From positions 11,995-75,994 of the forward strand of contig JAUWYX010000002.1 of the NCBI GenBank assembly GCA_030615625.1: a DNA stretch of 64,000 nt. The letters are read 5' to 3'. The stretch's first letter is position 1, and each line of letters opens with the position of its first letter. Below the pieces are notes generated by a model. That model had not been told where the DNA came from, did not search any database, and saw only the letters and a program-made list of their open reading frames with translations. Made by a program: the position numbers and the translations under genes. Below are positions 18,880-28,931 of the stretch, one piece after another. This DNA comes from Dehalococcoidia bacterium. Lineage in GTDB: Bacteria > Chloroflexota > Dehalococcoidia > GIF9 > AB-539-J10.

Positions 18880-19350
18880 ATGTCAACAGAGAAAGCAATT
18901 ATAAAGACACTGGGAGGAAAAGAAATTACCATAACGGAGCAAACTCCCATCCCCTGTTTTCGCTGTGGCATCTGCTGCGCCTGCTTCCAGGCTCCACTTA
19001 CCCGCAAAGACATAGACAACATTGCTTCAGCCCTGGGAATATCAAGCTCGAAGTGCATCTCCAGATATGCTCTGAAGGTGCCGATAAAGGAAGGTTACCT
19101 GCTCAAGAAAACCAAGAAAGGCTGCATCTTCCTGGCCTGGGATGCGGATGGGAAAGCCCGCTGCGCCATATATCCTTCGCGTCCTAAAGCCTGTCGGGAA
19201 TGGATACCCAGCCTTGCCAAGCCCGAATGCCGCGAAGGATTAGCTAAACTCAAGTCCGAAGGACAAATAATGCTACTGGAGGAACTCTTCAGTTCCCAAA
19301 AAGACAAGCAGGGCCTTTACTCATCTCTGGAAAAAGAACCTCTGCTTTAG
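18880..19350 (+). CDS. YkgJ-family cysteine-cluster (Zn/Fe-chelating) protein
   Basis: CFRCGICC...GCIFL...CAIYPSRPKACR; ATG at 18880 chosen over the longer ORF start. Confidence 0.85.
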   Translation: MSTEKAIIKTLGGKEITITEQTPIPCFRCGICCACFQAPLTRKDIDNIASALGISSSKCISRYALKVPIKEGYLLKKTKKGCIFLAWDADGKARCAIYPSRPKACREWIPSLAKPECREGLAKLKSEGQIMLLEELFSSQKDKQGLYSSLEKEPLL

Positions 19351-19415
19351 CTTCCAAGGCAACATTTTTGAAGAGCACAGACTCTTTCTCAAAATAGATG
19401 ATACCTTTCGACAAC

Positions 19416-19652
19416 CTACAACTTCCGCCCTATAGCTTGCAAAAACTCGTCTTCGCTAATCTCAAGTTGCTTAAGAATGTCCGAGAGTAAATATGGGCTA
19501 ATACTCTTAGCAGGATGGAGAGGGACAGGAGCTCGGCGGCAATCTGAGTGATGAAATATTGCGTGACTCCCCTTTTGCCGAACCTTCTCAAACCCTAATG
19601 CCTGGAGTCCCTTCACCACCTCTCTAGCTTTGAGCGGAGGCAGCTTTGTCAT
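19416..19652 (-). CDS. hicA: HicA-family toxin
   Basis: GFEKVRQKGSHAIF...VPLH...LSDILKQ. Confidence 0.9.
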   Translation of the reverse strand: MTKLPPLKAREVVKGLQALGFEKVRQKGSHAIFHHSDCRRAPVPLHPAKSISPYLLSDILKQLEISEDEFLQAIGRKL

Positions 19653-19861
19653 ACCGCTACTGCAACCCAGTTGGTGCCAATTTCGTCAGGGATCTCCTCA
19701 CCACGCTCCTTGCGATATTCAAGGCAAAGCTCAAGCACCTCTTTAATGTTAGCCAAGCATTCCTCGTAAGTCTCACCCTGAGCGTGAGCTTCCGGAATTA
19801 AAGGACAGTTGGCAATATAAAACCCATCAGGTGCTTTCCTAACAATAACGGTATATTGCAT
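19649..19861 (-). CDS. hicB: HicB-family antitoxin
   Basis: CPLIPEAHAQGETYEECLANIKEVLEL; overlaps the hicA start by 4 bp. Confidence 0.85.
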   Translation of the reverse strand: MQYTVIVRKAPDGFYIANCPLIPEAHAQGETYEECLANIKEVLELCLEYRKERGEEIPDEIGTNWVAVAV

Positions 19862-20013
19862 TTTCTCCCTATCTCCCCAATTATAGCACAATTGCATTAA
19901 AACCACTCTCCAGACTAGAGTGGTCGCTCGCTTGCCGGCGGCTTGGTCGGTTTCTACCCGATATAGCGCCGTGGATTGAGTTTCATGGCCCCATATTGCT
20001 ACACTAACTCGAC

Positions 20014-20376
20014 ATGCCTGAACTGCCTGAGGTGGAGACGATTAAGAACGAGCTTTCGCCCTGGGTCGTGGGGCAAAGCTTCAAACAAGTTACCATCTTT
20101 GATACCGAACTGGTATGCGGTGGTTCTGCTGAAGAAGTCCGCCGCGGATTAATCGGGCAGAAGGTAGAAAGCCTGGAACGCCGGGGGAAGTATCTCATCT
20201 TTCACCTATCAAATGGCAAGTCACTGATTATGCATCTCAGGATGACCGGCGTCCTGCTGTTAAATCCCAAAGAGGTTGACCACTACGCCCGGGCGGTTTT
20301 TCACCTCTCCAACGGGCGCCGCCCATATTGCGGTTGTGCACTCGTCGGTGATAAAGTTGTCCGAAATCAACACTAA
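20014..20376 (+). pseudogene. mutM: Truncated formamidopyrimidine-DNA glycosylase (N-terminal domain only)
   Basis: MPELPEVET, RRGKYL and HLRMTG are present; similarity ends near 20320, with no H2TH or zinc-finger domain. Confidence 0.85.
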
Positions 20377-20425
20377 GATGAAACAGAGTCTGACATTAAT
20401 TTAGTTAGCAAAAAGGAGGCCAAAG

Positions 20426-21178
20426 ATGAACACGTTTGCGGGAAAAGTAGCACTGGTAACCGGCGGGAGTTCCGGCATCGGCCGCGCCACGGCAATCAAA
20501 TTTGGAGAACGGGGTGCCAAGGTGATGGTGGCCGCCCGCAGGGAAAAGGAAGGGAAAGAAACGGTGGAGATGATAAAAAAGGCCGGCGGCGAAGCGACGT
20601 TTATTCAAACTGATGTACGGATTGCCTCACAGGTTGAAAACATGGTGCAACAAACCGTAAAAAAATACGGCCGTTTGGATATCGCCTTTAACAACGCCGG
20701 AGTAGGAGGCATAATGGCCCGACTGATACGGACGACCGAGGAAATCTTTGACGAACTGGTGGATACCAACTTCAAGGGCGTCTGGTTGTCCATGAAATAC
20801 GAAATACCGGTGATGCTGGAACAAGGTGGCGGAGTCATTATAAATAATGCCTCCATCGCCGGAGTGTCCACCGCGGAAAGATTGGCCGTCTACAGCGGAA
20901 GCAAACACGCTGTCGTGGCCATTTCCAACGCAGCAGCTAGCGAGTATGGCAGGGACAACATCCGGGTAGTCTCCATCTGCCCCGGGTGGATCAAAACCCA
21001 CATGACTGAAGACCTGCGTGCCCGAAAAGACGCCGATACCATAATGCAGGGCAACATACCTCTGAAGAGATGGGGTGAACCTGAAGAAGTGGCTGAAATG
21101 GTAATCTGGTTGGCCTCGGACGCTGCCTCCTTCGTTAGCGGCGGCGCCTTCATCATCAGCGGAGGGATGAACGCCTAG
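20426..21178 (+). CDS. Short-chain dehydrogenase/reductase
   Basis: TGGSSGIG, NNAG, YSGSK. Confidence 0.93.
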   Translation: MNTFAGKVALVTGGSSGIGRATAIKFGERGAKVMVAARREKEGKETVEMIKKAGGEATFIQTDVRIASQVENMVQQTVKKYGRLDIAFNNAGVGGIMARLIRTTEEIFDELVDTNFKGVWLSMKYEIPVMLEQGGGVIINNASIAGVSTAERLAVYSGSKHAVVAISNAAASEYGRDNIRVVSICPGWIKTHMTEDLRARKDADTIMQGNIPLKRWGEPEEVAEMVIWLASDAASFVSGGAFIISGGMNA

Positions 21179-21301
21179 CGCCCTGCCAAAATTATTCTGG
21201 CAAATGTCATCCCCGCTGATACTTTCCCAACAAGGTCAGACTGTCCAACAAAACCCGAATTACCTTGCTGGATAAGAAGGGTTGAGAACTCACACATCCG
21301 C

Positions 21302-22225
21302 TTATTCTGTTAGTCCTAAGATTTTAGCGGCGTTGCCGCCCATTATTCCTTCGATTTCCTCATCTTTAAACTCGATTCCTTGCTCCTTCACCGAGTCGGG
21401 AATTTTGGTAAAGGCTTTGACCCACCTTTCTTGATTAATTAGCAACTTCAGAAAGGGGTAGTCACTGCCGAACAGCACTCTCTGCCAGGGGACCGAGTCT
21501 AACAATGTCCTCAGAGCTCTGTAAAATTCCAGAGGGCTGAGAAGCCGTGGCTGCCATAGAGATAAATCGAGGTAAACATTTGTTGCGTTGTTACAGATTG
21601 CCACTGCTTCCGAGTACCAGCATCCACCGGTATGTGCCAGAATGATGGGCAGGTCAGGAAAGTCCATGGCTACCTCCTGCACATAAATAGGCTGGCAATA
21701 TTTAAAATAAAGTGGTTTCAGCACCTCCCCTGTATGGAGCAGAACAGGGACCCCATATTCCAATGCCTTTTCATAAATAGGATAACATGCCTTATCGTTG
21801 GGATAGAAACCGGCAGCCGAATGCAATTTAATCCCCTTCATACCCCATTCCTTGAGAAATCTTCCAACCATTTCGGCAGCTTTATTTCTTCTAGGGTCTA
21901 TGCCGGCAAAAGCAATTAATCGCTGGGGATATTTTCCCGCCGCATCAGCATAAACCTTGTTTATCTCCTCAATGCTTAGCTTGGGTTCACCAAGGTGGCG
22001 AGCCAGACCCCAATCAATCGCCAACAGCACACTTTTATCAATCCCGGCAGCATCCATATCCTTGACCATCATGTCACCTGAAATATCCAAAAACTCCGGC
22101 AATCGTCTTTGCACTTTTTCCAATGGCCTGTTAATCCTCAGCGCCCCAACCTCTGCCCAACCATCCCAAAAAGGTTGGGCCACACTATCATAATCACAAA
22201 GGTGAGTATGAATATCGATTATCAT
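21302..22225 (-). CDS. Amidohydrolase_2 family protein
   Basis: IIDIHTH, GIKLH, ILAH.G, VLFGSDYP. Confidence 0.9.
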   Translation of the reverse strand: MIIDIHTHLCDYDSVAQPFWDGWAEVGALRINRPLEKVQRRLPEFLDISGDMMVKDMDAAGIDKSVLLAIDWGLARHLGEPKLSIEEINKVYADAAGKYPQRLIAFAGIDPRRNKAAEMVGRFLKEWGMKGIKLHSAAGFYPNDKACYPIYEKALEYGVPVLLHTGEVLKPLYFKYCQPIYVQEVAMDFPDLPIILAHTGGCWYSEAVAICNNATNVYLDLSLWQPRLLSPLEFYRALRTLLDSVPWQRVLFGSDYPFLKLLINQERWVKAFTKIPDSVKEQGIEFKDEEIEGIMGGNAAKILGLTE

Positions 22226-22318
22226 ATCGTCCCTCTCAAGGTGTGTTGTGTTTTCCTGATTATATCATCACCCATCCGGCAACCTTAATCGGAAAGACTC
22301 CGTCACTCCACCGCTGCC

Positions 22319-22543
22319 TTAACTCCCCTCCTCAGCGGTTTTTCGGTATTCATCCAAGGCTTTCATCATGGCCAGGAAATCCTTCTGCCCTGAGCCTTTC
22401 TTTCCTTCAAGCCACCGCTCCAGTGCCTCGATAACAATTTCTCGAATTGGTTTACCTTGCTCAATAGAGGCAAATTTTATCGCCTTGAGAAGTTCTTTAC
22501 TTCCCAAATCTACAGTTATTCTCGTTCCTTTAGCCATGCTCAC
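22319..22543 (-). CDS. Small ribbon-helix-helix-like DNA-binding protein
   Basis: RITVDL beta strand followed by two helices (ELLKAIK...IREIVIEALERWL); RBS gaggagg. Confidence 0.65.
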   Translation of the reverse strand: MSMAKGTRITVDLGSKELLKAIKFASIEQGKPIREIVIEALERWLEGKKGSGQKDFLAMMKALDEYRKTAEEGS

Positions 22544-22690
22544 CTCCTCTATCCGATTTTATAACATAAAATCACAAAAACATATAACCTTCCCCAATAT
22601 GGTTGATTTTGAGTATGACAAGAGCTATACTCATCATGCCGAATTCAAGATAGTCAGGGATGTGGGGTAGCGAAGTGTTGGCTGATATCT

Positions 22691-24325
22691 ATGCGAGTAT
22701 TACTCCTGAGCACGCCACACCCTCTGGAGGAGAGCCCGCTCCCTCCACTCTCCCTAAGTTATTTAGCCAGTGTCCTTATTAGAGAGGGTATTGAGGTTAA
22801 GATTCTGGATTTCCTGGTGACCCAGTACCATCCCAAGAAACTGAGGCGAGCACTGGAGGAGTACCGACCTCAGCTTGTCGGCGCCACTTGCGTTACCCTG
22901 AACTATCCCATTGCCAGGAGGATGCTCAAGGCATGTAAAACTTTCGACCCCTATATCTTCACCGTTATCGGCGGTCCTCATGTTACCTTTGCCTCAGAAG
23001 AGACACTGCTCCAGTCACCATGGATTGATGCCGTAGTCATCGGTGAGGGGGAGAGAACTCTGGTCGAATTGGTCAGGGCAGTGGAAGAAGACAAAGACAT
23101 CCACCAGGTGCCCGGGATTGCCTTTGCAGATGGAGGCATGGTGGTAAAGACACCCCCCCAAGCTCGCATTGAGAACCTCGACCAGCTACCTTTACCAGCA
23201 CGCGAGTTGTTGCCCATGGCGAGATACCGCGCCCTGGGTACCCCGTGCACGGTAATAACCAGCCGTGGCTGCCCTTATAGCTGCATCTTCTGCTCAGGAC
23301 ATCGGATGTTTGGCCCCAAAGTCCGTTTTCGCAGCCCCGGGCTTGTGGTGGATGAGATTGAGAAACTCCAGCGTGATTTCGGGCTTGCGAAAATCAACAT
23401 TGTTGATGACACCTTTACCCTCAACCATCACCACACCCGAGCAGTGTGCGAAGAAATGCTCAGGCGTAACCTGCAGATAAAATGGAGCGTTTTTGCCCGG
23501 GTGGATAGGATTAGCGAGGACCTCGCTCAGCTAATGAACCAGGCCGGCTGCGAATGGGTACTATTTGGCGTTGAGTCAGCGGATGAGGGAATCCTGAAGA
23601 CCATAAGGAAGGGAATTACCCTCGACGGGGTGCGGCGCGGTGTAAAGATAGCCGCCGAGGCCGGCATCAACGTCTTTAATTCCTTCATTCTCGGACTTCC
23701 CGGGGAAAACCGGGATACAGCCCTCAAGTCTATGGCCTTCGGCGACGAGCTTTATCAGCAATATGGCGCCAAGTATGGCTTCCATATCCTGTCCCCCCTC
23801 CCCGGAACCGAAGTGTACGAGAAAGCTAAGGACTATGGCATTCGCATCCTCAGCCGAAACTGGGCCCGCTATAACGCCAACGAGCCCATCACCGAGACAG
23901 CGACCATGAGCAAAGAGATGATAAAAGAAGCCATGGCTATCTATAATCGGGGGATAGAAGTTGCCTGGGACGATATAAAGCGCCGGGCTAAAGGCGGAGA
24001 TGCCCAGTGCGCTGAGATAATCGAAGGAAAGGAAAGAGAGGAATTCGTGTGGACTCTGCTTCAGGGAGATGTCATCGAGGGGCTCGGGGGGATGGCGTCA
24101 GCCACCGTCCTGAATCCCAGTAACGCCGAGGCCGAACTAGCCCGCCGTGTTTCCCGGAAGTTAGGCCTCGACATCGAGGTAGCCCAGCGGTGGATGGGCG
24201 AATTGATAGGAAAGGGAGTTTTGCGGCTGGAGCCGAGAAGAAATAGCCTGCGGTGGCAGTGGAGCGATACTCAAAAGCTCAAGCTGGCTGGCGAGATTAC
24301 ACCTGCTACATCTTGCCAAGCTTGA
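22691..24325 (+). CDS. B12-binding radical SAM protein
   Basis: GGPHVT, GEGE, SRGCPYSCIFC (CxxxCxxC), DDTF, GVES. Confidence 0.93.
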   Translation: MRVLLLSTPHPLEESPLPPLSLSYLASVLIREGIEVKILDFLVTQYHPKKLRRALEEYRPQLVGATCVTLNYPIARRMLKACKTFDPYIFTVIGGPHVTFASEETLLQSPWIDAVVIGEGERTLVELVRAVEEDKDIHQVPGIAFADGGMVVKTPPQARIENLDQLPLPARELLPMARYRALGTPCTVITSRGCPYSCIFCSGHRMFGPKVRFRSPGLVVDEIEKLQRDFGLAKINIVDDTFTLNHHHTRAVCEEMLRRNLQIKWSVFARVDRISEDLAQLMNQAGCEWVLFGVESADEGILKTIRKGITLDGVRRGVKIAAEAGINVFNSFILGLPGENRDTALKSMAFGDELYQQYGAKYGFHILSPLPGTEVYEKAKDYGIRILSRNWARYNANEPITETATMSKEMIKEAMAIYNRGIEVAWDDIKRRAKGGDAQCAEIIEGKEREEFVWTLLQGDVIEGLGGMASATVLNPSNAEAELARRVSRKLGLDIEVAQRWMGELIGKGVLRLEPRRNSLRWQWSDTQKLKLAGEITPATSCQA

Positions 24326-24386
24326 TGTAGCAATTCTTCTTTAAGAGCACTTATGCGCTTGGTTTTGCTGCAAAGACCAAGGAAAT

Positions 24387-25082
24387 TTAAGAAGATATCT
24401 CGTTAACGAAGCCCTCTATGGCTTTATTGACCACTTCCGGCTTCTCAGCGAGGACAAAGTGAGTAGCTTGGGGGATAATCATCACCCTGGAGTTAGCAAG
24501 CTTGGTTCCTAAGTAATTAGCGTATTTCACAGGGGTCATTACGTCCAATTCACCGCAGATAATAAGGACAGGTAGCTTTATCTCTTGAACTTTGTCCATG
24601 AGGTCAAACTTATCACAGCAAAGGAAGTCGCTGAGCATGACGGCAGGACCAATAGCCTTCTGTTTTTCTACGACTTCCATTTTGTAATCCTCCGGGGTTA
24701 AGCGATAGATTTCTGCTATTAGTTGATACCACTCCCGGGGATTGCCCTTAATAGCTTCTTCAATTGGGGCTAAAAACATAGGGTGAACTCTGAGCCGGGC
24801 TCCACTGCCGATGATGATAATCCCTTTCAGTTCCTGGGGGTATCTTAGGGCATACATCAGAGCTATAGCCCCACCAAAGGAGTGTCCAGCCAAGACCACA
24901 TCTTTATATCCCCTCCCTTTGATGTACTTCCTGAGCCAGTCAGCACATTCCTCTACGCTATTAAGGGTTTGACCATTGGGGTGTCCGGGTAAGTTGACAG
25001 CATGGCTATTAGGGAAGTAGTCGGTTTGATAGCGCCAGATGTCTCCATAAGCGCCTGAACCGTGGACAAAAATGATTCTCAT
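24387..25082 (-). CDS. Alpha/beta hydrolase
   Basis: FVHGSG, GHSFGG, GELD, His near the C-terminus. Confidence 0.9.
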   Translation of the reverse strand: MRIIFVHGSGAYGDIWRYQTDYFPNSHAVNLPGHPNGQTLNSVEECADWLRKYIKGRGYKDVVLAGHSFGGAIALMYALRYPQELKGIIIIGSGARLRVHPMFLAPIEEAIKGNPREWYQLIAEIYRLTPEDYKMEVVEKQKAIGPAVMLSDFLCCDKFDLMDKVQEIKLPVLIICGELDVMTPVKYANYLGTKLANSRVMIIPQATHFVLAEKPEVVNKAIEGFVNEISS

Positions 25083-25135
25083 TCCCTTATTTGGTAAGAT
25101 AGTATAACTAAAAAAATGGAGGTGTCAATTCCAAG

Positions 25136-25699
25136 ATGACGGAAATTCAAAGTGTCTATTTTCCTGAATCAGGCAGTGAAAACACTGAGAAAACCTTTGA
25201 GGTAGCTAAGAGGAGAGCCGAGGAGTTAGGGATAAAAACCATAGTGGTAGCCTCTACCAGCGGGGAAACTGGGTTGAAGGCAGTGAAGGCGTTTGCCAGC
25301 TATAAGGTAGTGGTAGTTACTCATACTACAGGGCTTCAAGTCTCCGATGTTCAGGAATTAACCCCGCAAAACAGGGCTAAGATATTGGAGAAGGGAGGAG
25401 TAATTCTGACTGCCACCCATGCCTTTGGCGGAGTGGGCAGGGCAGTTCGCCGTAGATTCAATACCTATCAGGTGGATGAGATTATAGCTCAAACCTTAAG
25501 GGTCTTTGGGCAGGGCACCAAAGTAGGCTGTGAGATAGCCCTTATGGCTGCCGATGCTGGTCTCATAAGGACAGACGAGGAGGTAATCTCTATCGGCGGC
25601 ACAGCGAGGGGAGCAGATACAGCACTGGTCGTTAAGCCAGCTCATACCCACGACTTTTTTGAGTTGAGGGTCAAGGAAGTCCTGTGCAAGCCAAGATGA
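25136..25699 (+). CDS. Pyruvate-kinase alpha/beta-domain-like protein (DUF1867/MTH1675 type)
   Basis: IVVASTSGETG, FGQGTKV..EIALMAADAG, GGT.RGADTA. Confidence 0.8.
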   Translation: MTEIQSVYFPESGSENTEKTFEVAKRRAEELGIKTIVVASTSGETGLKAVKAFASYKVVVVTHTTGLQVSDVQELTPQNRAKILEKGGVILTATHAFGGVGRAVRRRFNTYQVDEIIAQTLRVFGQGTKVGCEIALMAADAGLIRTDEEVISIGGTARGADTALVVKPAHTHDFFELRVKEVLCKPR

Positions 25700-25821
25700 T
25701 AGACTGTTTTATTTGCTTTAGTGAATAAATCAAACCACAAACCTGCTAGAGAAAAAATGAATAACGGGTTACAATAAAGGGCTAATTTTAGAATAATCAC
25801 ACTGATGGAGGGAGATAATCA

Positions 25822-26484
25822 ATGATAAAGAGCCAAAATTTGTTAAACGAGGTCGAATCCAAGGAGCTTCTTAAGAAAGCAGGGATACCTGTTGTTGAAG
25901 CGAAGCTCGCCCAAAGCAAAAAGGAGGCTATTTCCATAAGCAAGGAAATGGGCTTTCCTGTAGTATTGAAAATAAGCTCCCCCGATGTGATTCACAAAAG
26001 CGATTCCGGCGGTGTTGAATTAAGACTAGCCAACGCTACTCAGGTAGGCAAGGCTTATAATGAGATTATATCCTCCGTTAAACAGGCATACCCTGAAGCC
26101 CAAATTGAGGGTGTGTCGGTACAACCAATGGCTCCGTCAGGAGTGGAAGTGATTGTGGGCATGAGCAAGGATCCTCAATTCGGTCCTGTACTCATGTTTG
26201 GTCTCGGCGGCATACTGGTAGAGGTGTTAAAGGACGTCTCTTTCAGAATAGTCCCGGTTACCGCAAGGGATGCCAGAGAAATGATTAGAGAAATAAAAGG
26301 ATATCCCATACTGGAGGGGTACAGAGGACAAAAGCCAGCCAGCATCCCGGCATTGGAAAAACTAATAGTCAAGGTGTCTCAGTTTATCGAGAAGAATCCT
26401 CAAATAAAAGAGCTCGACCTTAATCCCATATTCGCCTATCCTGATAAGGCTATAGCTGTTGATGCTCGAATAATCCTGGAATGA
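25822..26484 (+). CDS. ADP-forming acyl-CoA synthetase, ATP-grasp (beta) subunit
   Basis: GFPVVLKISSPDVIHKSD.GGV, DPQFGPVLMFGLGG, ELDLNP, VDARI. Confidence 0.9.
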   Translation: MIKSQNLLNEVESKELLKKAGIPVVEAKLAQSKKEAISISKEMGFPVVLKISSPDVIHKSDSGGVELRLANATQVGKAYNEIISSVKQAYPEAQIEGVSVQPMAPSGVEVIVGMSKDPQFGPVLMFGLGGILVEVLKDVSFRIVPVTARDAREMIREIKGYPILEGYRGQKPASIPALEKLIVKVSQFIEKNPQIKELDLNPIFAYPDKAIAVDARIILE

Positions 26485-26568
26485 TAATCGAAAGGCCACT
26501 GTCCCGATAATCAGAAGTTTGCTAAATTTGGATTTCACCAGACATATTGAGATTTCCGAGGCCTAACT

Positions 26569-27999
26569 TTGTTTGAGGAAAAGCTTAAGGAATTTGAGCC
26601 TATCTTTTACCCCAAATCTGTTGCCATTGTCGGGGCCTCGGCTACCTCGATAAAAGCCGGCTCTTTATGGGTCTGGGCCTTGAGTTCCGCTGGTTTTCCA
26701 GGACTCATTTATCCCGTTGGTTCCAGCGGCGGCCGAATCGCCAACCTCGAGATTTTTCCTAACCTCAGGCTAGTCCCCGGAGAGGTAGATTACGTTATTG
26801 TAGCCATTCCTCGACAATCTGTGTTGGAGATCTTAGATGATTGCGTGACCAAACATGCCAAAGCTGTCCAATTCTTCACCGCTGGATTCAGCGAGATGGA
26901 TGCGCAACAGGGACACAAGCTAGAGGAACAAATGCTCGAGAAAGCACGACAGGGAAATGTTCGCATCATCGGCCCAAATTGCATAGGTGTATATTGCCCG
27001 GAACACAAAATCCCGTTCCTCATGGGGATACTCGGTGAAAGCGGTTCCGTGGGCTTCGTCTCTCAGAGTGGCGGCATTGCTACCAAACTAGTGACAACCG
27101 GGATAGCCCGCCATATCAACTACAGCAAAGGAGTCAGCTTTGGCAACGGTATTGATTTGGATGCCAGCGATTTTTTGCAATACCTGGCTGCCGACTCCAA
27201 AACCAAGGTCATTGGTGCATACCTTGAGGGAACAAGAGACGGAGCTCGTCTTTTCAACACTATGAAAGAAGTAGCCAAGGTCAAGCCTTTAGTTGTCTGG
27301 AAAGGAGGGAGAACAGAGGCTGGCGCTCAGGCTGCCATGTCCCACACTGGCTCCTTAGCTAGTTCAGCAGCCATCTGGTCAGCAATGTTGAAGCAAGCTG
27401 GCGCTATAGAAGTGCATAGTCTAGAGGAATTGACCGACACCCTACTTATCTTCCAACAGCTTAACCACTGGCAAGGTACCAGCACAGCCATTATTGGCGG
27501 TCTGGCTGATGGGGGCGGCGGCAACTCGGTATCCGCTGGCGATGCCTGCATGGAGAATGGGCTCAGAGTCCCACCTCTCTCCCTTGAGACAAAGCAAGAA
27601 CTGAGCGAGCTCCTGGGAGAAGTAGGTAGCATCTTGCGTAATCCGGTAGATGTAAGCCAGGCGCAATTCCGAGGCTTAGCAACTCTATTTCAAGCCATAG
27701 ATTTAGTAGCAAGGGATACCGTTATCGACATCGTCTTAATTCAAGAGGATATGGACATCCTCTTACCAATTTACTCCCAGAAAGGACTGGAAGAAATAAA
27801 TGAATTCTTTATAGAGCTTGGAAGCAGGCAAAATAAGCCCATAATAGTCATTTTACCGCCTGGCTCCGCTGAGCCAGAACGATTGCAGATAGAGCAAAAG
27901 CTCCTTGCCGCTTCCATCCCAGTCTTTTGTTCCATGGAACGTGCAGCTAAAGCTATTTATAAACTTAACCAATATTCTTGCTGGCAGGAGGCTAAATAA
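26569..27999 (+). CDS. ADP-forming acyl-CoA synthetase, CoA-binding (alpha) subunit
   Basis: PKSVAIVGAS, IIGPNCIG, SQSGG, SHTGSLA (catalytic His), NPVD. Confidence 0.9.
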   Translation: MFEEKLKEFEPIFYPKSVAIVGASATSIKAGSLWVWALSSAGFPGLIYPVGSSGGRIANLEIFPNLRLVPGEVDYVIVAIPRQSVLEILDDCVTKHAKAVQFFTAGFSEMDAQQGHKLEEQMLEKARQGNVRIIGPNCIGVYCPEHKIPFLMGILGESGSVGFVSQSGGIATKLVTTGIARHINYSKGVSFGNGIDLDASDFLQYLAADSKTKVIGAYLEGTRDGARLFNTMKEVAKVKPLVVWKGGRTEAGAQAAMSHTGSLASSAAIWSAMLKQAGAIEVHSLEELTDTLLIFQQLNHWQGTSTAIIGGLADGGGGNSVSAGDACMENGLRVPPLSLETKQELSELLGEVGSILRNPVDVSQAQFRGLATLFQAIDLVARDTVIDIVLIQEDMDILLPIYSQKGLEEINEFFIELGSRQNKPIIVILPPGSAEPERLQIEQKLLAASIPVFCSMERAAKAIYKLNQYSCWQEAK

Positions 28000-28069
28000 A
28001 GCCAGCCGCAAAAAACTGCGACTCTGTGCAAACTTGATAACCCCGAAATAAGAATCTCTAATCTGAATC

Positions 28070-28867
28070 ATGATACAAAGTCACAATACGGAAAAAATCG
28101 ACTTGAAATGGAGTGACGACGATGTAGTGCCCCCCATAGTCTACCCTAACCTAGAATTCTTATTCCAGCAAATGCTCCATCTAACGCTGGAAGAGGTAGC
28201 CCCCAGCCATGGTGAGCTAATACTGGACGTCGGCTGCGGCAAGGCTATTGATGGTGCACGACTATGGGAAAAGGGAGCGAAGGTTATCGGGCTTGAACCT
28301 TCCCATGTAATGATAGCCCGAGCTAAAGAGTACCTCAGTGAAAGCAATGCCCAAATAATTTTAGCACAAGGCATAGGGGAGAATTTACCTTTTAAGCCAC
28401 ACTCGTTTGGCAAAGTTATGTGTAAGGGGGCATTAGACCATTTTTTCTCCCCCAGCAAAACAATGGAGGAGATTGCCCGCGTGCTTAAACCTGGAGGAGA
28501 GATGATAATCTCCATAGCTAACTTTGACAGTCTAGGTTTCCGCTTGGGGAAGAAGCTATATCCAGTGACAAAATTTCTTTCCCCATCCCTGGCTAAGGAA
28601 AGGAAACCCTGGGAGCCACCACCAGACCACACATATGAATTTGATTACCCATTCCTAACCAGCTTGGTGAAGCAGCATTTTGAAATTAAGAAAACAAAGG
28701 GAATATCCCTCCTTTTTGGACTCCCCCTGTGGGGTAGTTTTCTTTCCAAACTTCCCCATTCTGTTTCCTATGCTATTCTGAAGATATTAGATAAATTAGC
28801 CCGACCTTTTCCCTCTCTGGCAGACGTTATCCTGATGAAATGCACTCCAATTTATAAGCAAAAATAA
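28070..28867 (+). CDS. Class I SAM-dependent methyltransferase
   Basis: ILDVGCG.A, ENLPF, RVLKPGG. Confidence 0.88.
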   Translation: MIQSHNTEKIDLKWSDDDVVPPIVYPNLEFLFQQMLHLTLEEVAPSHGELILDVGCGKAIDGARLWEKGAKVIGLEPSHVMIARAKEYLSESNAQIILAQGIGENLPFKPHSFGKVMCKGALDHFFSPSKTMEEIARVLKPGGEMIISIANFDSLGFRLGKKLYPVTKFLSPSLAKERKPWEPPPDHTYEFDYPFLTSLVKQHFEIKKTKGISLLFGLPLWGSFLSKLPHSVSYAILKILDKLARPFPSLADVILMKCTPIYKQK

Positions 28868-28931
28868 CACTACTTCAGGAAAGTCAATAGACCTTTACAA
28901 TTCCTGCTGCCACAAACTATAATTCGTTGTC

